IMG/VR virus record: IMGVR_UViG_3300030207_001042
Span: 1 to 46,365 of that record
Source of the DNA: a virus
Taxonomy: Duplodnaviria > Caudoviricetes
Length of the DNA stretch: 46,365 bases
Direction: 5' to 3' (one strand)
How positions within the stretch are numbered: the first letter of the stretch is position 1; every line of letters starts with the position of its first letter. Both the position numbers and the translations under genes were made by a program. The notes beneath the pieces are model-generated. The model saw only the letters and a list, made by a program, of their open reading frames with translations, was not told the origin of the DNA and searched no databases. Shown in pieces: positions 37,686-46,365 of this stretch.

Positions 37686-37934
37686 TTAGACGTATGGTCT
37701 ACGAACTTTTGCTTTTTTAGTGTTAGAAACAAACTGCTTTCCTTTACTTCCACCTCGTTTCTTTTTACGGGCTGTCTTAGCTCTTTCTGCTTTAGTTAAA
37801 CTTTGAGCTTTCTTTAAAGGCAAACATCTATCAGGGTTCTTTTTATTTTTACTTGTACCACACTCTCCTAATATAGAACCATCCGTTCCAATACGTACCC
37901 ATTTTTCTTTTAGCCATTTTTTTAACTCAGCCAT
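37686..37934 (-). CDS. Small basic protein (LKKWLKEKW)
   Basis: ORF track. Confidence 0.8.
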   Translation of the reverse strand: MAELKKWLKEKWVRIGTDGSILGECGTSKNKKNPDRCLPLKKAQSLTKAERAKTARKKKRGGSKGKQFVSNTKKAKVRRPYV

Positions 37935-38050
37935 TATTTCTTTTTATTTAAAGACTTTAACATTTTGTCAATTCTAACCGCTTGACTTTTGTGCATAGCT
38001 GAAGCTTTTTTTAACTCTCTTGAAATTTGTTGTAATTTTTTTTTATCCAT
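37934..38050 (-). CDS. Small basic protein, 38 aa (MDKKKLQQISRELKKASAMHKSQA...)
   Basis: Manually translated; TAATG overlap. Confidence 0.75.
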   Translation of the reverse strand: MDKKKLQQISRELKKASAMHKSQAVRIDKMLKSLNKKK

Positions 38051-38052
38051 AG

Positions 38053-38214
38053 TTATTTACGTTTTGATTTTTTAGCATAGTTAGGGTCTTTACAATATTT
38101 ACTTGCCGCAAGATTTGCGTAAGCGCTAGGGTATTTATCAAATGTTCTTTTAGCCCACGCTATCCCTTCGGGACAAATTTTATTTCCTTTTCTATTTGTT
38201 CTTTTTTTTGCCAT
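38053..38214 (-). CDS. Small basic protein, 53 aa (YPSAYAN motif)
   Basis: Start moved to the ATG right after the portal stop. Confidence 0.75.
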   Translation of the reverse strand: MAKKRTNRKGNKICPEGIAWAKRTFDKYPSAYANLAASKYCKDPNYAKKSKRK

Positions 38215-38215
38215 A

Positions 38216-40651
38216 TTATCTTGGTGAAAATTCAGAAAAATCAAATCCATCTAAACTATCTTCATTAGATTCAAAAGTTTGAGGTGGGAGATTGTTTTTT
38301 CTTTGATTTATTAATTGACTTTGTTGTGTGTTTTGTTGAGTTATTCTTTCTTTCTTAGCTTCTTCTCTTTGAGTTTCCCTACTTTGAAGAGCACTTTCAG
38401 ATATTCCTCTTAATTGCATGTTGTACTCAAACTCACGCGCCATTAAATCTTGTTTTAAAAGAGCCTCTTGTTTCATCTTGTCTATCTCAAAAGCAATCTC
38501 TGCTTGACGAAATTGCATTTTAGATTGATTTTCCATTTGAAGTTTTTGCATAGCAGTTTGTGATGCTAGCTGTTGAGATTTTAATTGTTGCTGAGCTGTT
38601 ATAGCTTGTTGTTGCATTTGCATTTTTTCTTCTCGTTCTTGCTTTTGTTTTCTTTTCATTTTTAACAACTGATTAGCAAGCTTTATATTTTTAATTTCTC
38701 TAATATCAATAGCGTCTTCTAAATCAATACTTTGTTTTTGAAGAGCCATTTGAATATTTGCTTCAAGTTGAGCTTTTTGTTCTTCATCAGGAGAAACCTC
38801 AATAAATATTCCAAAGTCATATATATATAAATCTTTAATATCATTTAAAATTGAGACGTTATACTTTCCTATTTTATTTATAAAATCATGTTTAAAGTCT
38901 GCGTATTCTAAAATGTCTGAAATTCTATAAGATAATCCTTCGGCTATGCTACGATAAATAAACAAACTCCCGTCTAGTATATGACGGGTTGCTGTATTAG
39001 AATTTAAAGCTGCAAGCTTTTGAACACCTACTAATGAGTTAGGGTCAGGTGTTGAACCATCTCTTGCTTCATTTAATCCTGTGCACGCTCTAATCATATT
39101 AAGATAATGATTATAATTACCAATTAACATTTGAGTTTTTGTTCCTCCTGAACTTGAAGTTAATTGAGTAATAGGAGCTTTCCCTTGGTTGTAATCTCCA
39201 TCTTGAGTGTAACTTCTTCCTACCACACTACCTGTTTGAAAATACAAACGTAAAGCATCTTCCGGATTGTAAGCATTACCTGTACCTAAATCTACTTCAT
39301 TTAATCCATCTGCATCTATAAAAACTCCATCAGGAACAACTCGAGAAATAACTTGTTGAAGTTTTAAATGAGTAATTTGTATTAAATCAGCAAAAGGAAT
39401 CATACGTCTTACTAATGATTCAATAACACCTTTATACATTCTAGGAGCTACCGCTACATAATTAGGGATAGCGTATTGATTAGCTGACTTAGGCCTTACC
39501 ATATTTTCAGCTAATTCCCATTTTAGTATAATGTTAGTTCCCATTACCATTATTCCGTTATACCATACGTCTATAGTTTTTTCAAACTTTTTAAACTTTC
39601 CTTCCTCCATCATGTCTTGAGGCGGATTAAATTGGTCATCCTTCTCTATCATTTTACTATTACCGTTGTCGTATATTTTTTTCTTATACACCATTTTTTT
39701 AGTAGACTTGTAATTAAAATACATTAACGTACAAGTGTCTCTATAAAAAATATCGTTTTCATAAAATTGTGCAGTGTTATAATAATCATACCAACTTTGA
39801 CTATACTTAGATATTTCTTCTAAATCTTCATTAGTTAAGCTTTGGTCAATCTTTAATAACTCTGTCATGGGTAGAGTTTTTATTTCACCCCAATAAAAAC
39901 AATCTTTAAAATGTGGGTCTTCGGTATAACTATAAACTACATTAGCGGGGTCTACATAACTTACTTTTACTCCTGCTCCGGGTAAAAATTCATGTTTGGC
40001 AATTCCTATTCCTAATACAGTTAAATCATAATCTATACGCTTTCTTATATCTAAATATTTATTTTCATCAAGTAAGGTATGGATTGCTTCTTCTTGAGCT
40101 ATTTCAATAGCAGGTTTATAATTAAGTTGCATGTATAAAGCCAACTCTTCATCCCCTTCAGGTAATTCACCGGGGTCCATAGTAAAAGGATTAATTCCTG
40201 ATTTTTCTTGCACTAATTCTAAAACAGGTTTAGCAAGCATTTGCCCCTCTATCATTTCTTGATACTTACTTCTTTTAGATTGAGATAAAGCATCTTGAGC
40301 ATAAGCGCTAGCTTTAAATAATCTATCTGACATTCCATTAACTACAATGTCTACAAACTTAGGAAGAATAGGAACGGGAGTCCAATCTAAATTAAGATAA
40401 GACAAGTCTCCATCTATTGCTAATTCGTTTTTATATTTTCCTATCGGCTGCTCTCCTCTTGCATACAATCTTAATCTTTGAAACTCTCTCCATTGATTAT
40501 AGTAACGGCATTGAGTACCATCTTTTCTAAACCATTGGTATTGTATGGCTTGCCCTATTTGTAACCCATATTCATCGGTTGCTTTTTCTGCGTCAGAAAC
40601 AAATTGATTTGGGAACGCGGCCGCGTTTATGTTTATCTTAATATCTTTCAT
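38216..40651 (-). CDS. Portal protein
   Basis: 811 aa after terminase; PILPKFVDIVVNG; TGLNEARDG; Gln-rich helical C-terminus. Confidence 0.88.
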   Translation of the reverse strand: MKDIKININAAAFPNQFVSDAEKATDEYGLQIGQAIQYQWFRKDGTQCRYYNQWREFQRLRLYARGEQPIGKYKNELAIDGDLSYLNLDWTPVPILPKFVDIVVNGMSDRLFKASAYAQDALSQSKRSKYQEMIEGQMLAKPVLELVQEKSGINPFTMDPGELPEGDEELALYMQLNYKPAIEIAQEEAIHTLLDENKYLDIRKRIDYDLTVLGIGIAKHEFLPGAGVKVSYVDPANVVYSYTEDPHFKDCFYWGEIKTLPMTELLKIDQSLTNEDLEEISKYSQSWYDYYNTAQFYENDIFYRDTCTLMYFNYKSTKKMVYKKKIYDNGNSKMIEKDDQFNPPQDMMEEGKFKKFEKTIDVWYNGIMVMGTNIILKWELAENMVRPKSANQYAIPNYVAVAPRMYKGVIESLVRRMIPFADLIQITHLKLQQVISRVVPDGVFIDADGLNEVDLGTGNAYNPEDALRLYFQTGSVVGRSYTQDGDYNQGKAPITQLTSSSGGTKTQMLIGNYNHYLNMIRACTGLNEARDGSTPDPNSLVGVQKLAALNSNTATRHILDGSLFIYRSIAEGLSYRISDILEYADFKHDFINKIGKYNVSILNDIKDLYIYDFGIFIEVSPDEEQKAQLEANIQMALQKQSIDLEDAIDIREIKNIKLANQLLKMKRKQKQEREEKMQMQQQAITAQQQLKSQQLASQTAMQKLQMENQSKMQFRQAEIAFEIDKMKQEALLKQDLMAREFEYNMQLRGISESALQSRETQREEAKKERITQQNTQQSQLINQRKNNLPPQTFESNEDSLDGFDFSEFSPR

Positions 40652-42897
40652 TTATCTAATAATTGACTCAAGTGTCCTTTATTGCTATATCTTGCAAAGT
40701 TAATACTTATTTTTGATTGTTTTTCTTCAGGCAGGTATAAGTGCTTCTGTGTAGCCATTATAGCTAGTCCTGAACTTATACTTGCGTCAAATTTAGTTCT
40801 ATTACTTATATCAAATCTAGCCCAATCTTCTAACGTTCTGTTAAAGGGCATTGTTCCCATTAAGTCACTTTCTCTGTATACCTCTTCTAAATCTAAACCT
40901 ATGTGTTTTTCAATATAAGATTCTATGGCGGCAGCATGAGCTTGCTTAACATCTTCTGAAGAGTTAGGTATACCCCCTAATTCTTTTTCTGTTCTAGATA
41001 GTTTATTATAAACCTTATCAGGTCTATTCATACAAAAATTTCTATAACCTCTATTTTTAAAATGATACAATAATCTAGGTTTATTATTTTCCACAAGTAT
41101 TGGCATTCCATAAAACACACAAGCCATTAAAACTTCTTCAAAAAAAACTTCTGCTGTTTGTGGTCTAGCTACATATTCTAAAAAAAACTCGTTACTTGGA
41201 GCGTCGTCCATATTAAATTTTGTTAACCCATGTAAAGCACCATTAGAACCACCCCCACCAACAGTTCCTGAAATATCATAAGAGTCACAACCAAAAGCTC
41301 CTAGATGGTCATTGCCCGGATATTTACTTCCACGTTTTTCTAAAACTTTATTTTGTAAATTTTTATTAGGAGTCCAACTTACCATAAACCGACCTCTAGG
41401 ATTAGGAGACCATATTACTTTACTATCTTTAACTCCATCTTTCCAATGAAACCCACCCCTAGTAACAAAATGCTGTTGGATTAAACTATCATTATAATCT
41501 ATTTGTTGATATATTTTTGTTAAATTAAATAAAGAAGATTTACTTTCATCTCTAAAAGCATGAGCTTCGGTTCTAGGAAACTGTCTATAAAATTCATTTA
41601 ATACACTAGCATCATGTTTTAAGGATTCTACTTCAGCTTTCCAATAATCTATTGCGCCGTTAGTTATTACTTCACCATCTACACCTATCACTTTACTTTT
41701 AGGTTTATAAAAAACAGGTGCTCCATAACGGTCTATAAAACCTTCCATGTTCCACTCCATAGGAATAAATAAAGAATACAATCCTGTTTTGGTTTGACCG
41801 TTAGCATTTCTTTTATTAATATCAGAGTCTTCAAAAAGTTTTTTAAAATTATCACCACCTTTACTTAAAGCATTAGATGTTGACCCCATCATACATTTAC
41901 CAATTATCTTACTACCTAATCTTAAACAAGTTTTAGTAACATTCCAATTATTTAATATATTGTTAGGCTTTATCCATTTACCACTTTCATCATGCACTAA
42001 TAATAATAATTTTTCCCCATCATAAGAGTTGTCATCAGTGTTCTTCCAATCTATTGTAGTATCAAGTCCGTATAACTCTTCATCATCAATGTTATACATA
42101 TTCTTTTTAGTAATTTTAGATGCAGGTATTCTAAAAGCTAATTCAGTTTTAGGTTTATCCATACCGTCTTGTATAGGTTTAAAGAAAAACGGTAGCCTAC
42201 TTGAAATAGGAACAACTTTATCTGTAAACATTTTTTTAGCATCAGAACCTGTTTTAGATAATATACCCACCCTAGAATCTTTTGCTAATGTTCCAATGTT
42301 TACACATTCTGAAGAGCCCATATAAGAAAACCCTGAACGCCTTATTTTTAAATAAGTCATTCCAAAACATCTTTTGTCTGCTTTACAAGCTTCCCAAAAA
42401 ATAAAAAAAATTCTATTTGCCTCTCTATAATCGGGATAACCTACATCTATATTTGTCCATTGTAAATAATTATAATGAGAACCTGTGATATAAGTAGGTA
42501 CTCCTTTATTCATAAACCATAGTCCTTCTTCTCTTTTATCAAACTCTGACTCTATGTAATCTACCCATTGATTTTTAAACTCACTAGGCATATTATTCCA
42601 TTGAAATATAGATTGAATTTTTTCTAAAATTTTTGGTAAAGGTTTTCTTTCCCAATATTGTTCTTCGGGTTTAGAGTGTCTTTGAAGACACTGAATGGGT
42701 TGAAGAGGTAACCCAATGTATAAGCCACTAATATTTATAACCTGACCAACTCTTCCTGTTTTAGATATGCAAACAAAATTATATTTTTCATTGTAACCAT
42801 ATTCCCATGTTTGAGCTTTGTTTTTTTTAGACAACACTCCTTTAGGGATATAATTATCCACTACTCTATATAATTTATTTTGAACGTCTTTCTGCAA
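40648..42897 (-). CDS. terL: Terminase large subunit
   Basis: KIRRSGFSY (Walker A region), LLVHDESGK (Walker B), GCDSYD and LVENN nuclease motifs. Confidence 0.92.
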   Translation of the reverse strand: MQKDVQNKLYRVVDNYIPKGVLSKKNKAQTWEYGYNEKYNFVCISKTGRVGQVINISGLYIGLPLQPIQCLQRHSKPEEQYWERKPLPKILEKIQSIFQWNNMPSEFKNQWVDYIESEFDKREEGLWFMNKGVPTYITGSHYNYLQWTNIDVGYPDYREANRIFFIFWEACKADKRCFGMTYLKIRRSGFSYMGSSECVNIGTLAKDSRVGILSKTGSDAKKMFTDKVVPISSRLPFFFKPIQDGMDKPKTELAFRIPASKITKKNMYNIDDEELYGLDTTIDWKNTDDNSYDGEKLLLLVHDESGKWIKPNNILNNWNVTKTCLRLGSKIIGKCMMGSTSNALSKGGDNFKKLFEDSDINKRNANGQTKTGLYSLFIPMEWNMEGFIDRYGAPVFYKPKSKVIGVDGEVITNGAIDYWKAEVESLKHDASVLNEFYRQFPRTEAHAFRDESKSSLFNLTKIYQQIDYNDSLIQQHFVTRGGFHWKDGVKDSKVIWSPNPRGRFMVSWTPNKNLQNKVLEKRGSKYPGNDHLGAFGCDSYDISGTVGGGGSNGALHGLTKFNMDDAPSNEFFLEYVARPQTAEVFFEEVLMACVFYGMPILVENNKPRLLYHFKNRGYRNFCMNRPDKVYNKLSRTEKELGGIPNSSEDVKQAHAAAIESYIEKHIGLDLEEVYRESDLMGTMPFNRTLEDWARFDISNRTKFDASISSGLAIMATQKHLYLPEEKQSKISINFARYSNKGHLSQLLDK
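42675..42692. repeat. Palindrome copy 8 (AGTGTCTTTGAAGACACT), inside terL
   Basis: Exact reverse complement of copy 1; encodes QCLQRHS. Confidence 0.95.
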
Positions 42898-43165
42898 ATC
42901 CTTGTTTTGTATCAGTTATTTTAACTCCTTTTTCTAAACTATCTATACTAGCCTGTTCTGCATCTATACGATTTAATATTTCAAACGCATCAAATATAGC
43001 TAGCTTTTTAGTAGCTGCCGCATTCTTTAATCTATCCGCGGCTAATTCATCTTCAGGGTCGGGTTTAATTATTTCTTCTTTAGCTACTTTAATTAATTGT
43101 TTAACCGCTCTCCTCCCCGCTTGTATAATCTCTAATTTTATTTCTTTTGAATCCATTTCTATCAT
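42875..43165 (-). CDS. Putative terminase small subunit
   Basis: Small helical protein overlapping the terL start; assigned by position. Confidence 0.5.
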   Translation of the reverse strand: MIEMDSKEIKLEIIQAGRRAVKQLIKVAKEEIIKPDPEDELAADRLKNAAATKKLAIFDAFEILNRIDAEQASIDSLEKGVKITDTKQGFAERRSK

Positions 43166-43249
43166 ATTTCTTTTTGTTTTTATGAACCCTTTTAAACCTA
43201 CTGTGTTGCCAAAAAGGGTTACCTATACTTTTATGTAAAGCTTTTTTTT

Positions 43250-43813
43250 TCACAACACCATTGTAACTTGGTGGTCGTGTAATCTAAATAACTTTTCCCC
43301 ATCAACTATAAATTCATAATTATTAAAAGGGGTATAGGAAACCTTATCTCCTTTTTTTATTCCTTTGCTTTTTAAATACTCATTAGGGTACTCCATTATC
43401 CCCATCAAAGGTTCTGTATTACAAGGCTTCATTACAAAACTTTCTTCAGGAGGTATAGGTTTTATAAAACAATACCTGTCATAAGCTTTCCATTTTCCTT
43501 TTTGTTTATATAAAAAAAATTGGTCGTTATCTATAAAAAACAAATCATCCTTAAAAAAACTTTTACCACTTTGTTGTCTACCTCGCATGTCATTATAAAA
43601 TTTAAAAACATTATGATGAACAAGTAGGGTGTCACCTTTTTTTACAGGACCTGTATAGCCTAAAGGAACTTCTTGAACTATAGCTAGTCTATTAGAAAAT
43701 TTGTAATCTTCTTCTGATGTACTTACTAAAATATCTTTTCCACCAATATTTTTAGTGTTATCGTACCTTCTGCCCTTTACAGGTTTTACTATAAAATCTT
43801 TAGGTGACCTCAT
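43250..43813 (-). CDS. GroES/Cpn10-like protein (two-domain)
   Basis: FIVKP...VKKGDTLLVH and FIKP...IKKGDKVSY...IVDGEKL. Confidence 0.6.
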   Translation of the reverse strand: MRSPKDFIVKPVKGRRYDNTKNIGGKDILVSTSEEDYKFSNRLAIVQEVPLGYTGPVKKGDTLLVHHNVFKFYNDMRGRQQSGKSFFKDDLFFIDNDQFFLYKQKGKWKAYDRYCFIKPIPPEESFVMKPCNTEPLMGIMEYPNEYLKSKGIKKGDKVSYTPFNNYEFIVDGEKLFRLHDHQVTMVL

Positions 43814-44040
43814 TAGAAATTAATATTATACTCCATAGATATAGGCATTGTAGAAGAAAACTCTTTCCACAACACTACTTCTTTATCAACATTAACAATC
43901 CATAACTTAATTGAGTTACTATCGTTATCGTGTTTTATAAGATGTATAATGTAATTTCCATTCAGGACTTCCTGTCCTACTATGTAGTGCATAGCTCCTG
44001 ATTTATAATCAGGACCTACTGAAACTTTTCTTATTTCCAT
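43813..44040 (-). CDS. Hypothetical phage protein
   Basis: ORF track. Confidence 0.8.
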   Translation of the reverse strand: MEIRKVSVGPDYKSGAMHYIVGQEVLNGNYIIHLIKHDNDSNSIKLWIVNVDKEVVLWKEFSSTMPISMEYNINF

Positions 44041-44059
44041 TTATATTCATTTTATTTTA

Positions 44060-44677
44060 TTAAGTAGTGGTAGTTACAATAGAAAAATCTGAAGTGCTAT
44101 GAATAATATAACTTATGTAAATCCAAACATTTCCTCCTAAAGTAGGAGAATCTCCACCTGCCTGACCTCTTTGTAAAACTAGACTTTCATTTACCGCAAA
44201 TATTTCATTAGCAGCAGTAATGTTAATATTACTCCTTGCGCCTATTTGACCCGCATTTTGTAAATCAGTAGGTTGTATAGAAAATTGCTCTAATGCTGTA
44301 TTATTAAAGGGTTGTCCTGAAAAAACTGCGTTTATCGTTGTAACAACCCCTCCTCCAAAAGCGTACCCCGGATTCCCTGTAACAGCATCAGCTTCTTTCC
44401 ACCATGAAGCATGTACAAGATTAATAATTTTTTCAGTTCCTTGATTAGCTATTAGCTCTTTTCGTGTTGTTGCAATATTAGCCATTTCACTAGGGGTAAC
44501 TTGAACAATTTTATGTTGAACACCCGAAGAAGCAGTTGATGTTAACACTACTTCTGCTAATTGATTTACAGTAAAGTTTTTAGTTTGATTTGGAATCGTA
44601 CCTCCAACATCCGTTCCAATTAACTTATCAGTTAATAAAGGAGTAGTTACATTAGCGTAGGAATTAATCTTAGGCAT
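44060..44677 (-). CDS. Putative structural/fibre-associated protein
   Basis: MPKINSY...DKLIGTD...TKNFTV N-terminus. Confidence 0.6.
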   Translation of the reverse strand: MPKINSYANVTTPLLTDKLIGTDVGGTIPNQTKNFTVNQLAEVVLTSTASSGVQHKIVQVTPSEMANIATTRKELIANQGTEKIINLVHASWWKEADAVTGNPGYAFGGGVVTTINAVFSGQPFNNTALEQFSIQPTDLQNAGQIGARSNINITAANEIFAVNESLVLQRGQAGGDSPTLGGNVWIYISYIIHSTSDFSIVTTTT

Positions 44678-44680
44678 CTC

Positions 44681-44977
44681 TTATTGTTTTATCATTACTA
44701 TTCCTGCTGCATTTAGAGGTCCTGCCCCTAAGCCGGTTGTTTGAAAAAGTTTACCTGTAGTTAACCCGGCTGCTGCTGCTGCTGCATCATCATCATAAGC
44801 AGGTAATGAAAAAACTAAAGACGCAAATGATGTAGGAAGAACACTTAATATTTGCTCAATGCTAACATTAACAGTTTGAAAAGGAGGTCCCCCAACTGAT
44901 GATTGTTTTTTTGTTCCCACTACTTTAGTTTCTAAATCGGGATTAACTATTAAATCGTATGTTTTTATTTTAGGCAT
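44681..44977 (-). CDS. Putative structural protein, N-terminus similar to downstream gene
   Basis: MPKIKTY...KVVGT; YDDDAAAAAAGL..G.LF motif. Confidence 0.6.
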   Translation of the reverse strand: MPKIKTYDLIVNPDLETKVVGTKKQSSVGGPPFQTVNVSIEQILSVLPTSFASLVFSLPAYDDDAAAAAAGLTTGKLFQTTGLGAGPLNAAGIVMIKQ

Positions 44978-45212
44978 TCTTTTCTTTTTTTATTTTGGTG
45001 ACTTCTCCTGTTTGCGTATTAATAGAAGAATCTTCACCATACTTTTCTATTAATTTTTTTTCTTCTTGCATAAATTGAGATTTTAAAATCCCTATTTCTG
45101 CTACTATTGTTTGTTGATGAAGTACAGCATCAGCTAATTTTAACTTAATACTGTTGTATTTCTTAATTGAAGTTTGAAGACTTTGTAATTCTTCTGAAGT
45201 TAATTTTGTCAT
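44970..45212 (-). CDS. Small coiled-coil protein
   Basis: EKYG...INTQTGEV. Confidence 0.75.
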   Translation of the reverse strand: MTKLTSEELQSLQTSIKKYNSIKLKLADAVLHQQTIVAEIGILKSQFMQEEKKLIEKYGEDSSINTQTGEVTKIKKEKNA

Positions 45213-45244
45213 TTTATTTTAATTTAATTTATTTTACAAATATA

Positions 45245-45538
45245 CTAATATTTTCCTCTTCTATTTTTAGGAGAAGATTTAGTTGAGCCTCCTTTACCGG
45301 CCCATAAGTTTTTACACGCCCAATATCTTGCTGTTAGTTTTGATTTTGCTGTTCCACATTTGTGTCTAGCTTTAAAACTTTTTCTAGCGGCAGAAGAATA
45401 ATTATGACCATAACCTTTAGCGCCAAAGTGAATTATCTTCTCTTTACCGCCCTCACATCCTTTTACCATTTTCTTTTTTCCCGGACGTGTGCTTGGTCTA
45501 GGTTTATTACAAGGCATATTTTTTTTACTTACTGCCAT
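45245..45538 (-). CDS. Small basic protein (HFG...SFKARHKC...ARYWAC)
   Basis: ORF track. Confidence 0.8.
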   Translation of the reverse strand: MAVSKKNMPCNKPRPSTRPGKKKMVKGCEGGKEKIIHFGAKGYGHNYSSAARKSFKARHKCGTAKSKLTARYWACKNLWAGKGGSTKSSPKNRRGKY

Positions 45539-45934
45539 CTATTTTTTTTTAACTTTTTCGATTGACCTTCCTCCAAAATAACTCGCCACTATTGTAATTA
45601 AAAGAAGTTGTAACAGGTCAACCCATTTACTTTCAACTTTAAAGTCTATAAAACCTGCGTCTATAAATATTAATAACATAGTGCACACAATAACAAAAAC
45701 TAAAACTAGTGGTCTTACGTTTTTACTTAACCATGAATCACTTGCCATATCTACCTTCCACCTGTCGGTTATATTCGACTCTATCTTTGCTTGATGATTT
45801 AAAACTAATTCTTTTAATTTACGTTTAGCTTCTTTTTTTTCTGCATCTGTAGTAACTAAATTATCTACAATACTTCCTGCGGACTCAAGTAACTTACTTG
45901 CACCATCTCCTAATATTTTATTTAAAACTTTCAT
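45539..45934 (-). CDS. Holin (GTA 3TM-like)
   Basis: RWKVDM.SDSWLSKNVRP, two TM helices, YFGGRS.EK. Confidence 0.85.
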   Translation of the reverse strand: MKVLNKILGDGASKLLESAGSIVDNLVTTDAEKKEAKRKLKELVLNHQAKIESNITDRWKVDMASDSWLSKNVRPLVLVFVIVCTMLLIFIDAGFIDFKVESKWVDLLQLLLITIVASYFGGRSIEKVKKK

Positions 45935-46365
45935 ACTAATAAATCTTTACTATCTAATAATGTATATGTAAAACTATTACCCCACTTATCGCGTGCCACT
46001 CTGCATATATCCATAAACTCATGCCAATCATCATTAGCAGCTATTACTTGACAACCTGCTGACCACTTATCTACTTGGCTAGATTTTTTTCCTCCCCACT
46101 TTGTTGCTCTATGAATGTTAATTCCAAACAATCCTGTTTGTGTATTATCATCACTTAAATCAAACTTACCATCTTTATTAGCATCACGGTATACGGTAAC
46201 GGGACGACATTGCCCTAACGCTTCGTATCTACCTTGATGTAATCTTATTTTATGAGAACCGCGAAACTGACCTTCCTTCAATACGGCCACCCCTTCCTTT
46301 CTCATTATATTCTGCTCCCAATATCTTCCGGGGTCAGTAGTACAATCGTATACATAAAACTCCCA
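45931..46365 (-). CDS. Endolysin, 5' end outside the window (YkuD-like peptidase)
   Basis: Frame open to the window edge (WEFYVYDCTTDPG...); GINIH...WSAGCQV His/Cys motif; adjacent to holin. Confidence 0.75.
   Translation of the reverse strand, partial: WEFYVYDCTTDPGRYWEQNIMRKEGVAVLKEGQFRGSHKIRLHQGRYEALGQCRPVTVYRDANKDGKFDLSDDNTQTGLFGINIHRATKWGGKKSSQVDKWSAGCQVIAANDDWHEFMDICRVARDKWGNSFTYTLLDSKDLLV

Noticed and set aside
42855-42863. TTATCCACT, near-DnaA box
   Set aside because: Single imperfect copy inside terL; expected by chance
1367-45565. Numerous short antisense or off-frame ORFs in the track (e.g. 1367, 6464, 6891, 13038, 16337, 25959, 34993, 42029, 45362)
   Set aside because: Shadows of well-supported genes; most break the strict two-arm strand organisation
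1-46365. Assignment to Crassvirales; presence of tRNAs, DNA polymerase or integrase
   Set aside because: The structural module is only reminiscent of crAss-like phages; no RNA polymerase, DNA polymerase, integrase or tRNA recognised, and the genome is incomplete in this window

Overview
A 46 kb segment of an AT-rich tailed phage with a podovirus-like virion module. The host is inferred to be Bacteroidota (probably Flavobacteriia) from TTTG-N19/20-TAnnTTTG promoters, A-rich leaders without Shine-Dalgarno sites and a VirE_N/BT4734-type primase. There are two convergent arms. The + strand (1-14183) carries early micro-ORFs, a class II glutamine amidotransferase/gamma-glutamylcyclotransferase fusion, two DnaA domain-IV-like HTH proteins, a Sak-like SSAP, an exonuclease, an SSB-like protein, primase-helicase, SF2 helicase, VRR-NUC and a phosphoesterase. 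The - strand (14245-46365) carries endolysin, holin, a GroES-like protein, terminase, portal, scaffold, major capsid protein, tail ring/nozzle proteins, a GNAT and three putative ejection proteins up to 2508 aa. The most notable signals are non-coding: (i) two hammerhead ribozymes in the early region, one with a branched ~53-nt insert in stem III; (ii) eight copies of an 18-bp palindrome AGTGTCT-N4-AGACACT, located next to promoters, a ribozyme and a terminator, and inside core genes; (iii) a ~400-nt multi-hairpin putative ncRNA; (iv) a candidate iteron/AT-rich origin; (v) apparent absence of GATC and CCAG/CTGG. All calls were made by eye; no searches or folding programs were run.
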